A stretch of 63,585 nt of DNA, filler included, from Octopus bimaculoides (lineage: Eukaryota): the NCBI RefSeq assembly GCF_001194135.2. It is 10 parts of 9 records of this genome, joined end to end, with 100 filler letters (N's around TTAATTAATTAA, not from the genome) between each part and the next. Parts side by side here need not be neighbours in the genome. Positions count along the whole stretch, not along the records: positions 48,455 to 57,023 come from NC_068987.1; positions 57,124 to 61,097 come from NC_069004.1; positions 61,198 to 63,585 come from NW_026435590.1; 7 more parts are not named here. One strand, written 5' to 3'. The position numbers were made by a program, and so were the translations under genes. Of this stretch, positions 50,420 through 61,230 are shown in pieces. The notes under the pieces are model-generated. The model was not told the origin of the DNA and searched no databases. It saw nothing but the letters and a program-made list of their open reading frames with translations. Numbering within the stretch: position 1 is the stretch's first letter; every line of letters begins with the position of its first letter.

Positions 50420-52453
50420 TGTGTATGTATGTATGTATAAACACACACACACACACACACANNNNNNNNNNNNNNNNNNNNNNNNNNNNNNNNNNNNNNN
50501 NNNNNNNNNNNNNNNNNNNNNNNNNNNNNNNNNNNNNNNNNNNNNNNNNNNNNNNNNNNNNNNNNNNNNNNNNNNNNNNNNNNNNNNNNNNNNNNNNNNN
50601 NNNNNNNNNNNNNNNNNNNNNNNNNNNNNNNNNNNNNNNNNNNNNNNNNNNNNNNNNNNNNNNNNNNNNNNNNNNNNNNNNNNNNNNNNNNNNNNNNNNN
50701 NNNNNNNNNNNNNNNNNNNNNNNNNNNNNNNNNNNNNNNNNNNNNNNNNNNNNNNNNNNNNNNNNNNNNNNNNNNNNNNNNNNNNNNNNNNNNNNNNNNN
50801 NNNNNNNNNNNNNNNNNNNNNNNNNNNNNNNNNNNNNNNNNNNNNNNNNNNNNNNNNNNNNNNNNNNNNNNNNNNNNNNNNNNNNNNNNNNNNNNNNNNN
50901 NNNNNNNNNNNNNNNNNNNNNNNNNNNNNNNNNNNNNNNNNNNNNNNNNNNNNNNNNNNNNNNNNNNNNNNNNNNNNNNNNNNNNNNNNNNNNNNNNNNN
51001 NNNNNNNNNNNNNNNNNNNNNNNNNNNNNNNNNNNNNNNNNNNNNNNNNNNNNNNNNNNNNNNNNNNNNNNNNNNNNNNNNNNNNNNNNNNNNNNNNNNN
51101 NNNNNNNNNNNNNNNNNNNNNNNNNNNNNNNNNNNNNNNNNNNNNNNNNNNNNNNNNNNNNNNNNNNNNNNNNNNNNNNNNNNNNNNNNNNNNNNNNNNN
51201 NNNNNNNNNNNNNNNNNNNNNNNNNNNNNNNNNNNNNNNNNNNNNNNNNNNNNNNNNNNNNNNNNNNNNNNNNNNNNNNNNNNNNNNNNNNNNNNNNNNN
51301 NNNNNNNNNNNNNNNNNNNNNNNNNNNNNNNNNNNNNNNNNNNNNNNNNNNNATACATACATACATACATACATACATACATACATACATACATGCATAC
51401 ATACATGCATACATACATATATATATATATAGTACACATACATACATACATACACACACATATATATATAATATACATGCATATATATATGTGTGTGTGT
51501 GTGTGTATATGATAATGATGATGATATATATATATCTAGTGACTGAGGGTGCATTGCAAAGAGTCAAAGATCTTTTATATATATCATTTAAAACAGTTTG
51601 ATTCAGCTTCATGTTACTTGAAGTTTTGCAGGCCTGTGAAACTATACATCACATGGAGCTAAATCAAACTGTTTTAAATTATATATATAACTCCTGCTAA
51701 ATGTGTTGAGTACCCTTTTTCTTTCATTCATCCATTCCTTGTACACACACACACACATGCACACACGCACACACACACACACACGCTCTCTCTCTCTCAC
51801 ACACACATATATATATCTAACTATTTACAATGATGATATATAACAATGTGTCTAGTAGATCTCATTAATGGTCAAATGTCCTTTAAATACATTCCAAATA
51901 TCAGTTGAAGCACTGTTGCTCATAAGACAAACAAATTATATACCAATGGAAAATATACAAGCATTATATTTTGGAGATTTATGCAGTCCAGTGTTGGACT
52001 CCATCAGAAAGAATCAAGTAAATAGAGATATAGTAAGATAACTCAGTATGCTATTATGATAGAAATTCCTAATATTTATGCAATTCTTTTTCAATGAAAT
52101 ATTCCATTTGAAATGTTATTTACCTTTCTCCTTGGAAATCTTCAACCTACTTCACTTCATATTTTGTTTTAAAAAATGGTTTATTTGTGTGTGATGGTGT
52201 AAGACAAGAAATAACCAAATTGTTTATCAACTCCTCAACCAACACCTATAAAATATTAGAATATGTACAAAACTTATTGTTTTTTCTTTTAGTCCTTCTT
52301 TTATTCCTTGAAAAAGAAAAAGAAGCTTTTGGAACCATTATCATTATTATCTCATTTTAAAAAATTTTCTTTGGTTTTTAATTGCACCACTAGGTTTGAA
52401 GTGCTACAAAAAGTCCTGTACTTATAACTTGGAGTTTGTGTTTCAACAGCAGG

Positions 52454-52504
52454 CTATCGTCTCATCAAACACAGGAATATGCTGGCAATGATTAGAAGAA
52501 CAAT
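52454..52504 (-). CDS. Tetraspanin, final coding exon (end of TM4 plus short basic tail)
   Basis: Acceptor tatttttaacaattccAG, phase 0, encoding IVLLIIASIFLCLMRR-TAG. It splices in frame to the 54694-54777 exon and completes a hydrophobic TM4 with a juxtamembrane Cys and basic residues, typical of tetraspanins. Confidence 0.75.
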   Translation of the reverse strand: MVLLIIASIFLCLMRR

Positions 52505-53067
52505 CTGGAATTGTTAAAAATAGAACAATCAGTTGATACAAGTGCATTTTTCAGAAAGATAGAATCAAATTGTTTCAAGTTTAAAAAAACAAAAACAATT
52601 CACAAAAAATACTGTATTTTCATGACAATACTCAACAATCTTGACTTTAAGTGAAATTAATTTACTTGAGCTCAACTTCAACTCATCTTGTTTAACTTGA
52701 ATTCAATCCTACTTTTTATTATCTTATCTATGTTTTACTTGCTGTTTCGGGAGGAATGAGCAATGCCCATGATGACTTTTGCAAGGCCCTGCAAGACTGG
52801 TGAGGTTGATGCTGTTAATGTTCCACTTAAATTTTAAATTTGATACTGTTGCAGGTCAGATATAACTAGGGAGACGATTCCTGTGGGCTAACTGGGCATA
52901 GCTGTTAATGTAGGACCAGTGGGGTTGGAATTTGGTGGCATTCATCCATCTCCAGATGTGGTGTGAACACAGTCATTTCTTTCTTTCTTCCTTTCTAGAG
53001 AGAGAGGGGGGGATGGGGAGGGAGGGGAAAGGGGAGAGGGGAGAGATAGGGTAGGGAGAGAGAGGGT

Positions 53068-53098
<31 letters not shown>

Positions 53099-53669
53099 CA
53101 GAGAGAGAGACAGAGTCAAAGAAATTATCTCCTTGCTTGACTGGTACTTTATTTATGGATTCTGTAAGGATGAATGACGAAGTTGACTTGAGCAGAATAT
53201 TTGAGTTCAGAGTATCAGAATGAATGCTGCAAAGCATTTTATCTAACAACAAAAGTGACAAGAAGTAAAGGGATGAGTGGTAGAGGTAAGAAGCTAGCCA
53301 GCTCTGAGGAACGGAGAGCTTTATAGTAGTAGTAAGAGTCAGAGAGAGAGGAGACAACATGCCTGTGGACCAGAGGCTGGAGTGTGTCTGTCTGTGATTT
53401 AATGTCAATCATTCAAGAGGCCCTTCTCTGGATGTGGTCCAGGATGTCTGTTTATACCATGGCAACACTGTCCCAGACAAGGATGTAATACACCATTGTA
53501 ACTTACACAGACTGTGGTCAAACTTATCAAACCTAGATTATCTATAATTAACTTCCTCTGGATAAAATGCCTTGTGGTAGTCATTCCAACTCTTTATGTT
53601 CCAAATTCAAATCCCACCAAATCAACTTTGTCATTCCTCAGATCAAATACAGATGTTATTTCTTCATCC

Positions 53670-53839
53670 ATCTCTCTCTCTTCCCCTCTTCCTCTCTCTT
53701 TCCCCACTCCTCCCCGGCTCCCCTTCCCTTCCCCTCTTCCCCCTCTCTTTCCCCACTCTCCCCACCTCCCATCTCCTCTCCTCTTCCCTCCTCTTCCATC
53801 CCCTCCCCTCCCCTCCCCTCTTCCCCTCTATTTCCCCAC
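53670..53839. repeat. Polypyrimidine (CCT/CCCT) tract
   Basis: Direct reading. Confidence 0.9.
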
Positions 53840-54301
53840 NNNNNNNNNNNNNNNNNNNNNNNNNNNNNNNNNNNNNNNNNNNNNNNNNNNNNNNNNNNNN
53901 NNNNNNNNNNNNNNNNNNNNNNNNNNNNNNNNNNNNNNNNNNNNNNNNNNNNNNNNNNNNNNNNNNNNNNNNNNNNNNNNNNNNNNNNNNNNNNNNNNNN
54001 NNNNNNNNNNNNNNNNNNNNNNNNNNNNNNNNNNNNNNNNNNNNNNNNNNNNNNNNNNNNNNNNNNNNNNNNNNNNNNNNNNNNNNNNNNNNNNNNNNNN
54101 NNNNNNNNNNNNNNNNNNNNNNNNNNNNNNNNNNNNNNNNNNNNNNNNNNNNNNNNNNNNNNNNNNNNNNNNNNNNNNNNNNNNNNNNNNNNNNNNNNNN
54201 NNNNNNNNNNNNNNNNNNNNNNNNNNNNNNNNNNNNNNNNNNNNNNNNNNNNNNNNNNNNNNNNNNNNNNNNNNNNNNNNNNNNNNNNNNNNNNNNNNNN
54301 N

Positions 54302-54338
<37 letters not shown>

Positions 54339-54369
54339 CACATACACATCATACATATGATGGGCTTTT

Positions 54370-54450
54370 TTAGTTTCAAATCCACTCATAAGGTCTTGGT
54401 TGACCTGGAGCTATAGCAGAAGACAACTGCCCAAGGTGCCATGCAGCAGG
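54370..54450 (-). mobile_element. SINE A fragment in the tetraspanin intron
   Basis: caaatccactcataagg..ctatagcagaagacaactgcccaaggtgcca. Confidence 0.6.
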
Positions 54451-54693
54451 ACCAAACAAACTGTCACTGTGAATTAATAAAATATACTATGGAGTGCATA
54501 ATTATCTGTATAAGCTGATAACTGTTAGTATAAGCTAAAGCCATCTATAAACAGTCTATATAAAGCTACAATGACTTGAATGTTAAATATTTTTGTTATA
54601 GTTATAATGAAATACAAGAAGTGTCTTGATTGAGACATTTAAAAAGACAGAGTACAACTGCAATATATGTAGGATTAAAATAGAGTACCTTAC

Positions 54694-54777
54694 CTGAAGT
54701 GTGCCGATTGTTAGACTGGCCACGCCAATGATATATAGATTGTCAAAGACCCAGGATTTCAGCATTTTGTAGCACGG
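54694..54777 (-). CDS. Tetraspanin, penultimate coding exon (end of large extracellular loop plus start of TM4)
   Basis: Acceptor tcattctcactctttttcaAG, donor CAG|GTAAGG. 84 nt, phase 0-0, encoding PCYKMLKSWVFDNLYIIGVASLTIGTLQ. This matches the tetraspanin pattern (G/P)C-x-L-x-W-x-N-L-x-IIG-x-Q. The orthologue cannot be assigned by eye. Confidence 0.8.
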
Positions 54778-54869
54778 CTTGAAAAAGAGTGAGAATGATA
54801 TGGTCATAGTCGATGGACAAAATTAAGTGATAATCAGAAATATAAACATATATATACAGGGTTGTATGT

Positions 54870-55170
54870 ATGTAGGTATGTACTATCCACTTTCAGTGAT
54901 TGGCACTTCTTTATACAGCTGTCTTCATTCATACACGTCACATATCCAAACCAACATAGTTTTTTCTCTTCCATGCTGCCTTTGATTCCTCTTATGTCCA
55001 ACTTTTCTCTCAAAGCATTTGTGCTTTGTCATACATGCACATTGATGTTGCACATCCAGCAGAGCATACTGCCTTCATTCCTCTCCAGTCTATACATTTC
55101 TTCTATATTTAGAGCCCATTTTTTGCTACCATGGAGTGTAGCTGTTTGTATACAAGTGATGCCAATTGTT
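54870..55170 (-). mobile_element. RTE-clade LINE C-terminal fragment
   Basis: LHGSKKWALNIEEMYRLERNEGSMLCWMCNI..LREKLDIRGI..KLCWFGYVTCMNEDSCIKKC. Confidence 0.75.
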
Positions 55171-55880
55171 TCACAGATACTGTGGTATTGAATGTGGGTA
55201 TTCATCTGGGTAATGAATACCTACTGTGGTATTCATCTGGGTAATGAACATGAGTGTATTGGGAGTTGGCTTCAATTCAATCAATTCGGTCAACGGTAGG
55301 GTCATACTTGCTGGTGCGATTGTTCCTTTGCACAAGCGCAGGTCCTGAGTTGAGAAGCCATGATGGCATAGATGTTCCTGTAGCCAAACATCTTTGATAG
55401 TTAAAGAGATGCTCATGAGGAGTAGCGTTGGTGGATGTACAAAGTAGAGATCTGATTGAATGCAGTGTGTCAAAGAACTGTTTCCCATGAAGATACTAGA
55501 AGGGCATGAGTTTTCAAAGAGAGTAGTACTGACTTCCAAATAATATCATTATATCTTTCTACTTGACTGTTCCCAGTGGGATTGTACGGTGTTGTCCTAT
55601 TTGTCGCAATGCCCTTACTAAGGAGCCATTCTCTCAATTTTGTAGTCATAAAGGCAGTTCCATGATCGGAATGTACATAACGGGGCATACCAAAAACTGA
55701 AAACAAGTCTGTAAAACATCTTATTACAGTCTGAGCTGATGTGTCAGATACTGGATAACTAAACAGAAACTGAAAGTATTCGTCAACAATTGTTAGAAGA
55801 TAAGAATGCTTCGTGGGTGGAATCAGGCCTTTGAAATCAGTTGAAATTTGCTCAAATGGCTGCATTATTCACAATTTGCG
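55170..55880 (-). mobile_element. Ty3/Gypsy integrase remnant
   Basis: QPFEQISTDFKG..YLLTIVDEY..YVHSDHGTAF..TTPYNPTGNSQVERYN (rve D,D-35-E core), then frameshifted C-terminal residues PLTELIE..EANSQYTHVHYPD. Confidence 0.9.
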
Positions 55881-56078
55881 TAACAGTAACAGAAACTATC
55901 TACCACCTCCAGAGAGCCTCCTGGGCATTTGAGAGTGTATAAGTCCCATGTGCCTTAGTGCTTATTGTTCCTGCACATCTGCCACTCATGAAGGTGACTT
56001 TATCTGTTAATCTACCTGTGATTCCACCGCACCTCTTATATGTTCATAGCTTACACTGGGTGCAGTGAATAGAAATAT

Positions 56079-57020
56079 ATGTAGTGAAACTACCTATCGC
56101 CATTATACATAAAGAAGCCATCTTCCCCGCTGTTAAATATAAACAAGCGCGGGCGTAGTGGAAAACATCTTTCCTTGTCATCACATGACTAATTATTATT
56201 TGAAGCGGCAACTGCTTCATACCGTTCCCGCCAGAACGCAAACTGACCAATCACAGCCCTTAATAAGGTCACGTGATAGTGTTTTTCTAATCCTTTCCTG
56301 GAGCCCATAATTTGTTATAAATAGACCAAATTATACCCGGCAAATTCGTCTCGGTTCAGATCTCTTAGAGACCTGTTCCATGTACCACACAGCAGCAGCA
56401 GTTCCNNNNNNNNNNNNNNNNNNNNNNTGATAGTGTTTTTCTAATCCTTTCCTGGAGCCCATAATTTGTTATAAATAGACCAAATTATACCCGGCAAATT
56501 CGTCTCGGTTCAGATCTCTAAGAGACCTGTTCCATGTACCACACAGCAGCAGCAGTTCCAGCGACTACATCAACAGCTTCGTCCAGCTACGACTACCACC
56601 GACGTTGCCATCAGCAACACGAGTCTACGACTACTAACTAGCATCATCGCCACCAACATTCGGCAACATAGTCAACACGACTTTAACTACGAACTACAAG
56701 ATTCACCAATATCATCAACATGATTTCTACGTACACCACTAACCAAACTACCGCGGCACATATTCTCTCTTCGATTCTGTTAGGTGTTTCAGCTTCACCA
56801 CGATAAATAGTAGACAAGAGTTCAGCCAGCGACGAACATCTGTATAACAAGAACCCGGCCCGGCATGGAAGCCACAACATCACAACTAGTGATCGCTATG
56901 CCACACACACAGCCTCAACTTCTTTCATATACAGACTCTTCCTATTGTGTACTCTAAGAACTGGTATAAATGCTCACACGTGTTACTGAATCTTTCTATC
57001 TGCTGTATATAACGCATACA
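56079..57020 (+). mobile_element. Putative LTR (solo or partial)
   Basis: Starts TGTAG. Carries CCAAT (gaccaatcac), E-box gtcacgtgat and tataaata in promoter order, followed by a CpG-rich simple-repeat-like tract. The 3' end and TSD were not established. Confidence 0.35.
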
Positions 57021-57123
57021 CATNNNNNNNNNNNNNNNNNNNNNNNNNNNNNNNNNNNNNNNNNNNNTTAATTAATTAANNNNNNNNNNNNNNNNNNNNN
57101 NNNNNNNNNNNNNNNNNNNNNNN

Positions 57124-57183
<60 letters not shown>

Positions 57184-57479
57184 CACACACACGTACACGT
57201 ACACACACACACACATATACGCAATTGCATAAAGATACGTATGTGTCGTTGTATTCATGTGTGCGTCTGTGGGCATTTTTGTAAGTGTGCATTAATAGAT
57301 ACATACATAAATACATGTGGTGCCCCAGCATGACCGCAGCTTTAAAGCTGAAACAATCAAAAGAATGTATATATATATATGTGTTTATATATACATATAC
57401 ATATATATATATTTTTTTCCTCCTTGTTTCTCTCCTTATTTTTTTCTCTTTATTTTTTTTTCTCCTTTCTTTTCTCCTT

Positions 57480-57640
57480 GTTTCTCTCCTTATTTCTTTC
57501 TGTGTTCCTTTCAGTTGAAGAGCGTAGGCCCGAAACGTCAAAGACTTTCTCTATTCCCGAGCGTTAAACTAATACATCCATTTGTTGTTTACACCACCTG
57601 TCTTCATCTGTTGTTTTTTTCTTAAATTCTCATATATATA
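57480..57640 (+). mobile_element. Penelope-like element terminus with degenerate hammerhead motif, ending in (AT)n
   Basis: cttt-cagttga-a-gagcgtaggccc-GAAACGTC-aaag, then a pyrimidine-rich tail running into an (AT)n array. Confidence 0.55.
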
Positions 57641-58029
57641 TATATATTTATATATATATNNNNNNNNNNNNNNNNNNNNNNNNNNNNNNNNNNNNNNNNN
57701 NNNNNNNNNNNNNNNNNNNNNNNNNNNNNNNNNNNNNNNNNNNNNNNNNNNNNNNNNNNNNNNNNNNNNNNNNNNNNNNNNNNNNNNNNNNNNNNNNNNN
57801 NNNNNNNNNNNNNNNNNNNNNNNNNNNNNNNNNNNNNNNNNNNNNNNNNNNNNNNNNNNNNNNNNNNNNNNNNNNNNNNNNNNNNNNNNNNNNNNNNNNN
57901 NNNNNNNNNNNNNNNNNNNNNNNNNNNNNNNNNNNNNNNNNNNNNNNNNNNNNNNNNNNNNNNNNNNNNNNNNNNNNNNNNNNNNNNNNNNNNNNTATAT
58001 ATATGTATATATATGTATATATATATGTT

Positions 58030-58066
<37 letters not shown>

Positions 58067-59004
58067 ACGTAAATACGTGTGCACGCGTGTGTGGAACTAC
58101 GTTTCGTGTGTGGGTCGTTATCCGTTTAATGGCGGAAAAGTAACAGAAGACAAAAATAAGCAGCAGCGTTACCACCACCACCACCACCAGCTCTACCACG
58201 AACCACAACAACGACGACAACAACAACAACAACAGCAACAACAACAATAATAGTAAGAACCAACATCACGAAAAGAAACGATTTCTGTATAAAAGTATAG
58301 ATAGATAGATAGATAGAAAGAAAGAGAGATAGAGAGAAAGAGAGATAGAGAGAGAGGGTGGAGAGTGAGAGAGAGAGAGAGAGGGAGAGGGAGAGAAGAG
58401 TTTGTCTCTTCCCACTTGTCTGTTTGCTCTGTTTTGGGCTGAATTCAAAGAATTTATAAGAATACTCAATTAACTATTTCTTCAAGTGATGCTTCCAACA
58501 TTTAGCTCTGCTTAATGTAAAGGAGTCTTGCCAATAGTTTAACCTGCCAAATATATGATCAGATTATAATCCAGGGAGGGAAGAATCCGAAGGAAAGAGA
58601 GAGAAGGAGGGAGAGAGAAAGAGGGAGTGGGAGAAGGGGAGGAAGAGGTGGAGGGGGTAGGGGGAATATGAATATACACGCACATATACGCATGCGTACA
58701 TATTTGAACAGAGGCGCACAGTTATACACGCATAAAGGTAAACATACGAAGACATAAAGGTGCACGCACGAGGAAGTGTGTGTGTGTGAATGTGTATGTG
58801 TGTGCGTGAGTGTGTGAATGTGTGTTTGTTTATGTGTGTATGTTAAATTTCTATCTACCTAATATCTATCTGTCTGTCTGTCTGTCCGCCTGTCCGACCG
58901 TCCGTCCACTTGTCTGTTTGTCTGTCTGTCGTCTGTCTGTCTGACCTGATGTTTCCACCTTTCTGTGTGCGCGTGTATGTATATATGTATGTATGTATGT
59001 ATGT

Positions 59005-59870
59005 ATGTACGTATGTAGACCAAAGCCTTGTGAGTGGATTTGGAAGACGGAAACTGAAAGAAGCCCGTCGTGTATGTATATATATATATATATATATATA
59101 TNNNNNNNNNNNNNNNNNNNNNNNNNNNNNNNNNNNNNNNNNNNNNNNNNNNNNNNNNNNNNNNNNNNNNNNNNNNNNNNNNNNNNNNNNNNNNNNNNNN
59201 NNNNNNNNNNNNNNNNNNNNNNNNNNNNNNNNNNNNNNNNNNNNNNNNNNNNNNNNNNNNNNNNNNNNNNNNNNNNNNNNNNNNNNNNNNNNNNNNNNNN
59301 NNNNNNNNNNNNNNNNNNNNNNNNNNNNNNNNNNNNNNNNNNNNNNNNNNNNNNNNNNNNNNNNNNNNNNNNNNNNNNNNNNNNNNNNNNNNNNNNNNNN
59401 NNNNNNNNNNNNNNNNNNNNNNNNNNNNNNNNNNNNNNNNNNNNNNNNNNNNNNNNNNNNNNNNNNNNNNNNNNNNNNNNNNNNNNNNNNNNNNNNNNNN
59501 NNNNNNNNNNNNNNNNNNNNNNNNNNNNNNNNNNNNNNNNNNNNNNNNNNNNNNNNNNNNNNNNNNTATATGCGTGTGTGTCTTTGTATCAGTGTTCGTT
59601 CCCCTACCATCACTTGACAACCGATGATGGTGTGTTTATGTTCCCGAAACTTATCGTTTCGGCAAAAGTGACCGATAGAATAAGTACTAGGCTTACAAAG
59701 AATAAGTCCTGGGGTCGATTTATTCGACTAAAGGCGGCGCTCCAGCATGGACACAGTCAAATGACTGAAACAAGTAAAAGAGTGGCTGTGTGGTATGTAG
59801 CTTACTTCCCAACCACATGGTTCCAGGTTCAGTCCCACTGCGTGGCACCTTGGGCAAGTGTCTTCTACTA
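59005..59870 (+). mobile_element. SINE A (middle, gap, 3' half) fused directly to the head of a second SINE A
   Basis: gaccaaagccttgtgagtggatttgg..gaagcccgtcg; after the gap, gctccagcatgg..atgactgaaacaagtaaaagag|tggctgtgtggta..ccttgggcaagtgtcttctacta. Confidence 0.8.
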
Positions 59871-60879
59871 AATCCTCCAGCCGACCATCTTCTCCACGCA
59901 CTATCCCTGGGGTAGTTATTCGGGTAGAATCTTCAAGCACCTCCGCCTCCATTGGGGTCCCAAATACGACCAACAGGGACTGTGGATATGATCCAACATA
60001 CTGGTTCTTATTCTGCCTCTCTGGTTCTTGTTGGCTTGGCTTGGCTTGAAGAATCCGTTTTGAAAATCTTTCCTACGACATTCTAATCACATGTCTCTAG
60101 AGACAGCTGTGACTTCTCGAGGTGAGCTTAGTAATGGTTTGACCTGGTTTGACCTTTGTAATTATTTGACCCGGAGAGATTCTTTGATTTCTGAGCTATG
60201 CACCTGTGTCAAGTAGCGTTACTCCAAAGTTCCTACACAATGTGAAGAACGACTGCATGCATATCATCCAAAGATCTGCCACGCAAGAACACGTACACTC
60301 ACATGAACACAAAGCTACCAAAATATGCAGACGTGTGTGTCTGTGCGCAGGTGAGGGAGAGAGAGAGAGAGAAAGAGTGAGTGTGTGGAGGGAGAGGAAC
60401 AAAGAAGTAGAGAGGGAGAGACAGAATTATGGAAGGAACGACAGAGATAGAGAGAGGATATTATATGCACGGGTGCATCGTATTGCAGTTATTAGATCAC
60501 AGAAGAACGTGCTGTTTTTCACCAAGGACACCTTTAGAGGAAATTAAAAGTTAATTAATTAGAGTCGTGACAATAATGTCCTTGTGAATGAAATATTATT
60601 CCATGCAAGAATCTTGAATATATCATATAAAGAAGATATGCATGTATATTACATACCCCCGGGTCATACGATTGTTTCGATATATGAGGGTAGATCTCAG
60701 CCTGTTGAGATGAATACCGCTGAATCATAGGGAGACGCTTATACATACATATATGTATTTAATGTGTGTGTGTGTGTGTGTGTGTGTAATTATTAAAGAG
60801 AATGGAGTGAGCAATTCGTTTTATTACATAATTTTACAAATGTTTTATCCATATATTACCAGTAGAGTATTGCTATATG

Positions 60880-60893
60880 ATTATTATTATTAC

Positions 60894-60947
<54 letters not shown>

Positions 60948-61025
60948 ATAATGCATGCAACAATACATTGCATCGGTATTTTGGCACTATTAGTATAATG
61001 CTAATGCAGTGTGTCGTTACAAGAA

Positions 61026-61097
<72 letters not shown>
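60880..61097. repeat. (ATT)n and (TAA)n arrays
   Basis: Direct reading. Confidence 0.95.
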
Positions 61098-61197
61098 NNN
61101 NNNNNNNNNNNNNNNNNNNNNNNNNNNNNNNNNNNNNNNNNTTAATTAATTAANNNNNNNNNNNNNNNNNNNNNNNNNNNNNNNNNNNNNNNNNNNN

Positions 61198-61230
<33 letters not shown>

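Noticed and set aside
59870-60050. GC-richer ORF fragment fused to a SINE head
   Set aside because: Probably an unidentified LINE fragment; too short to assign.
60657-60719. Minus-strand 63-nt phase 0-0 exon candidate (RYSSQQAEIYPHISKQSYDPG), and others near 61927 and 62875, as upstream tetraspanin exons
   Set aside because: They lack the Cys pattern or CCG motif expected of the tetraspanin large loop and have weak acceptors.
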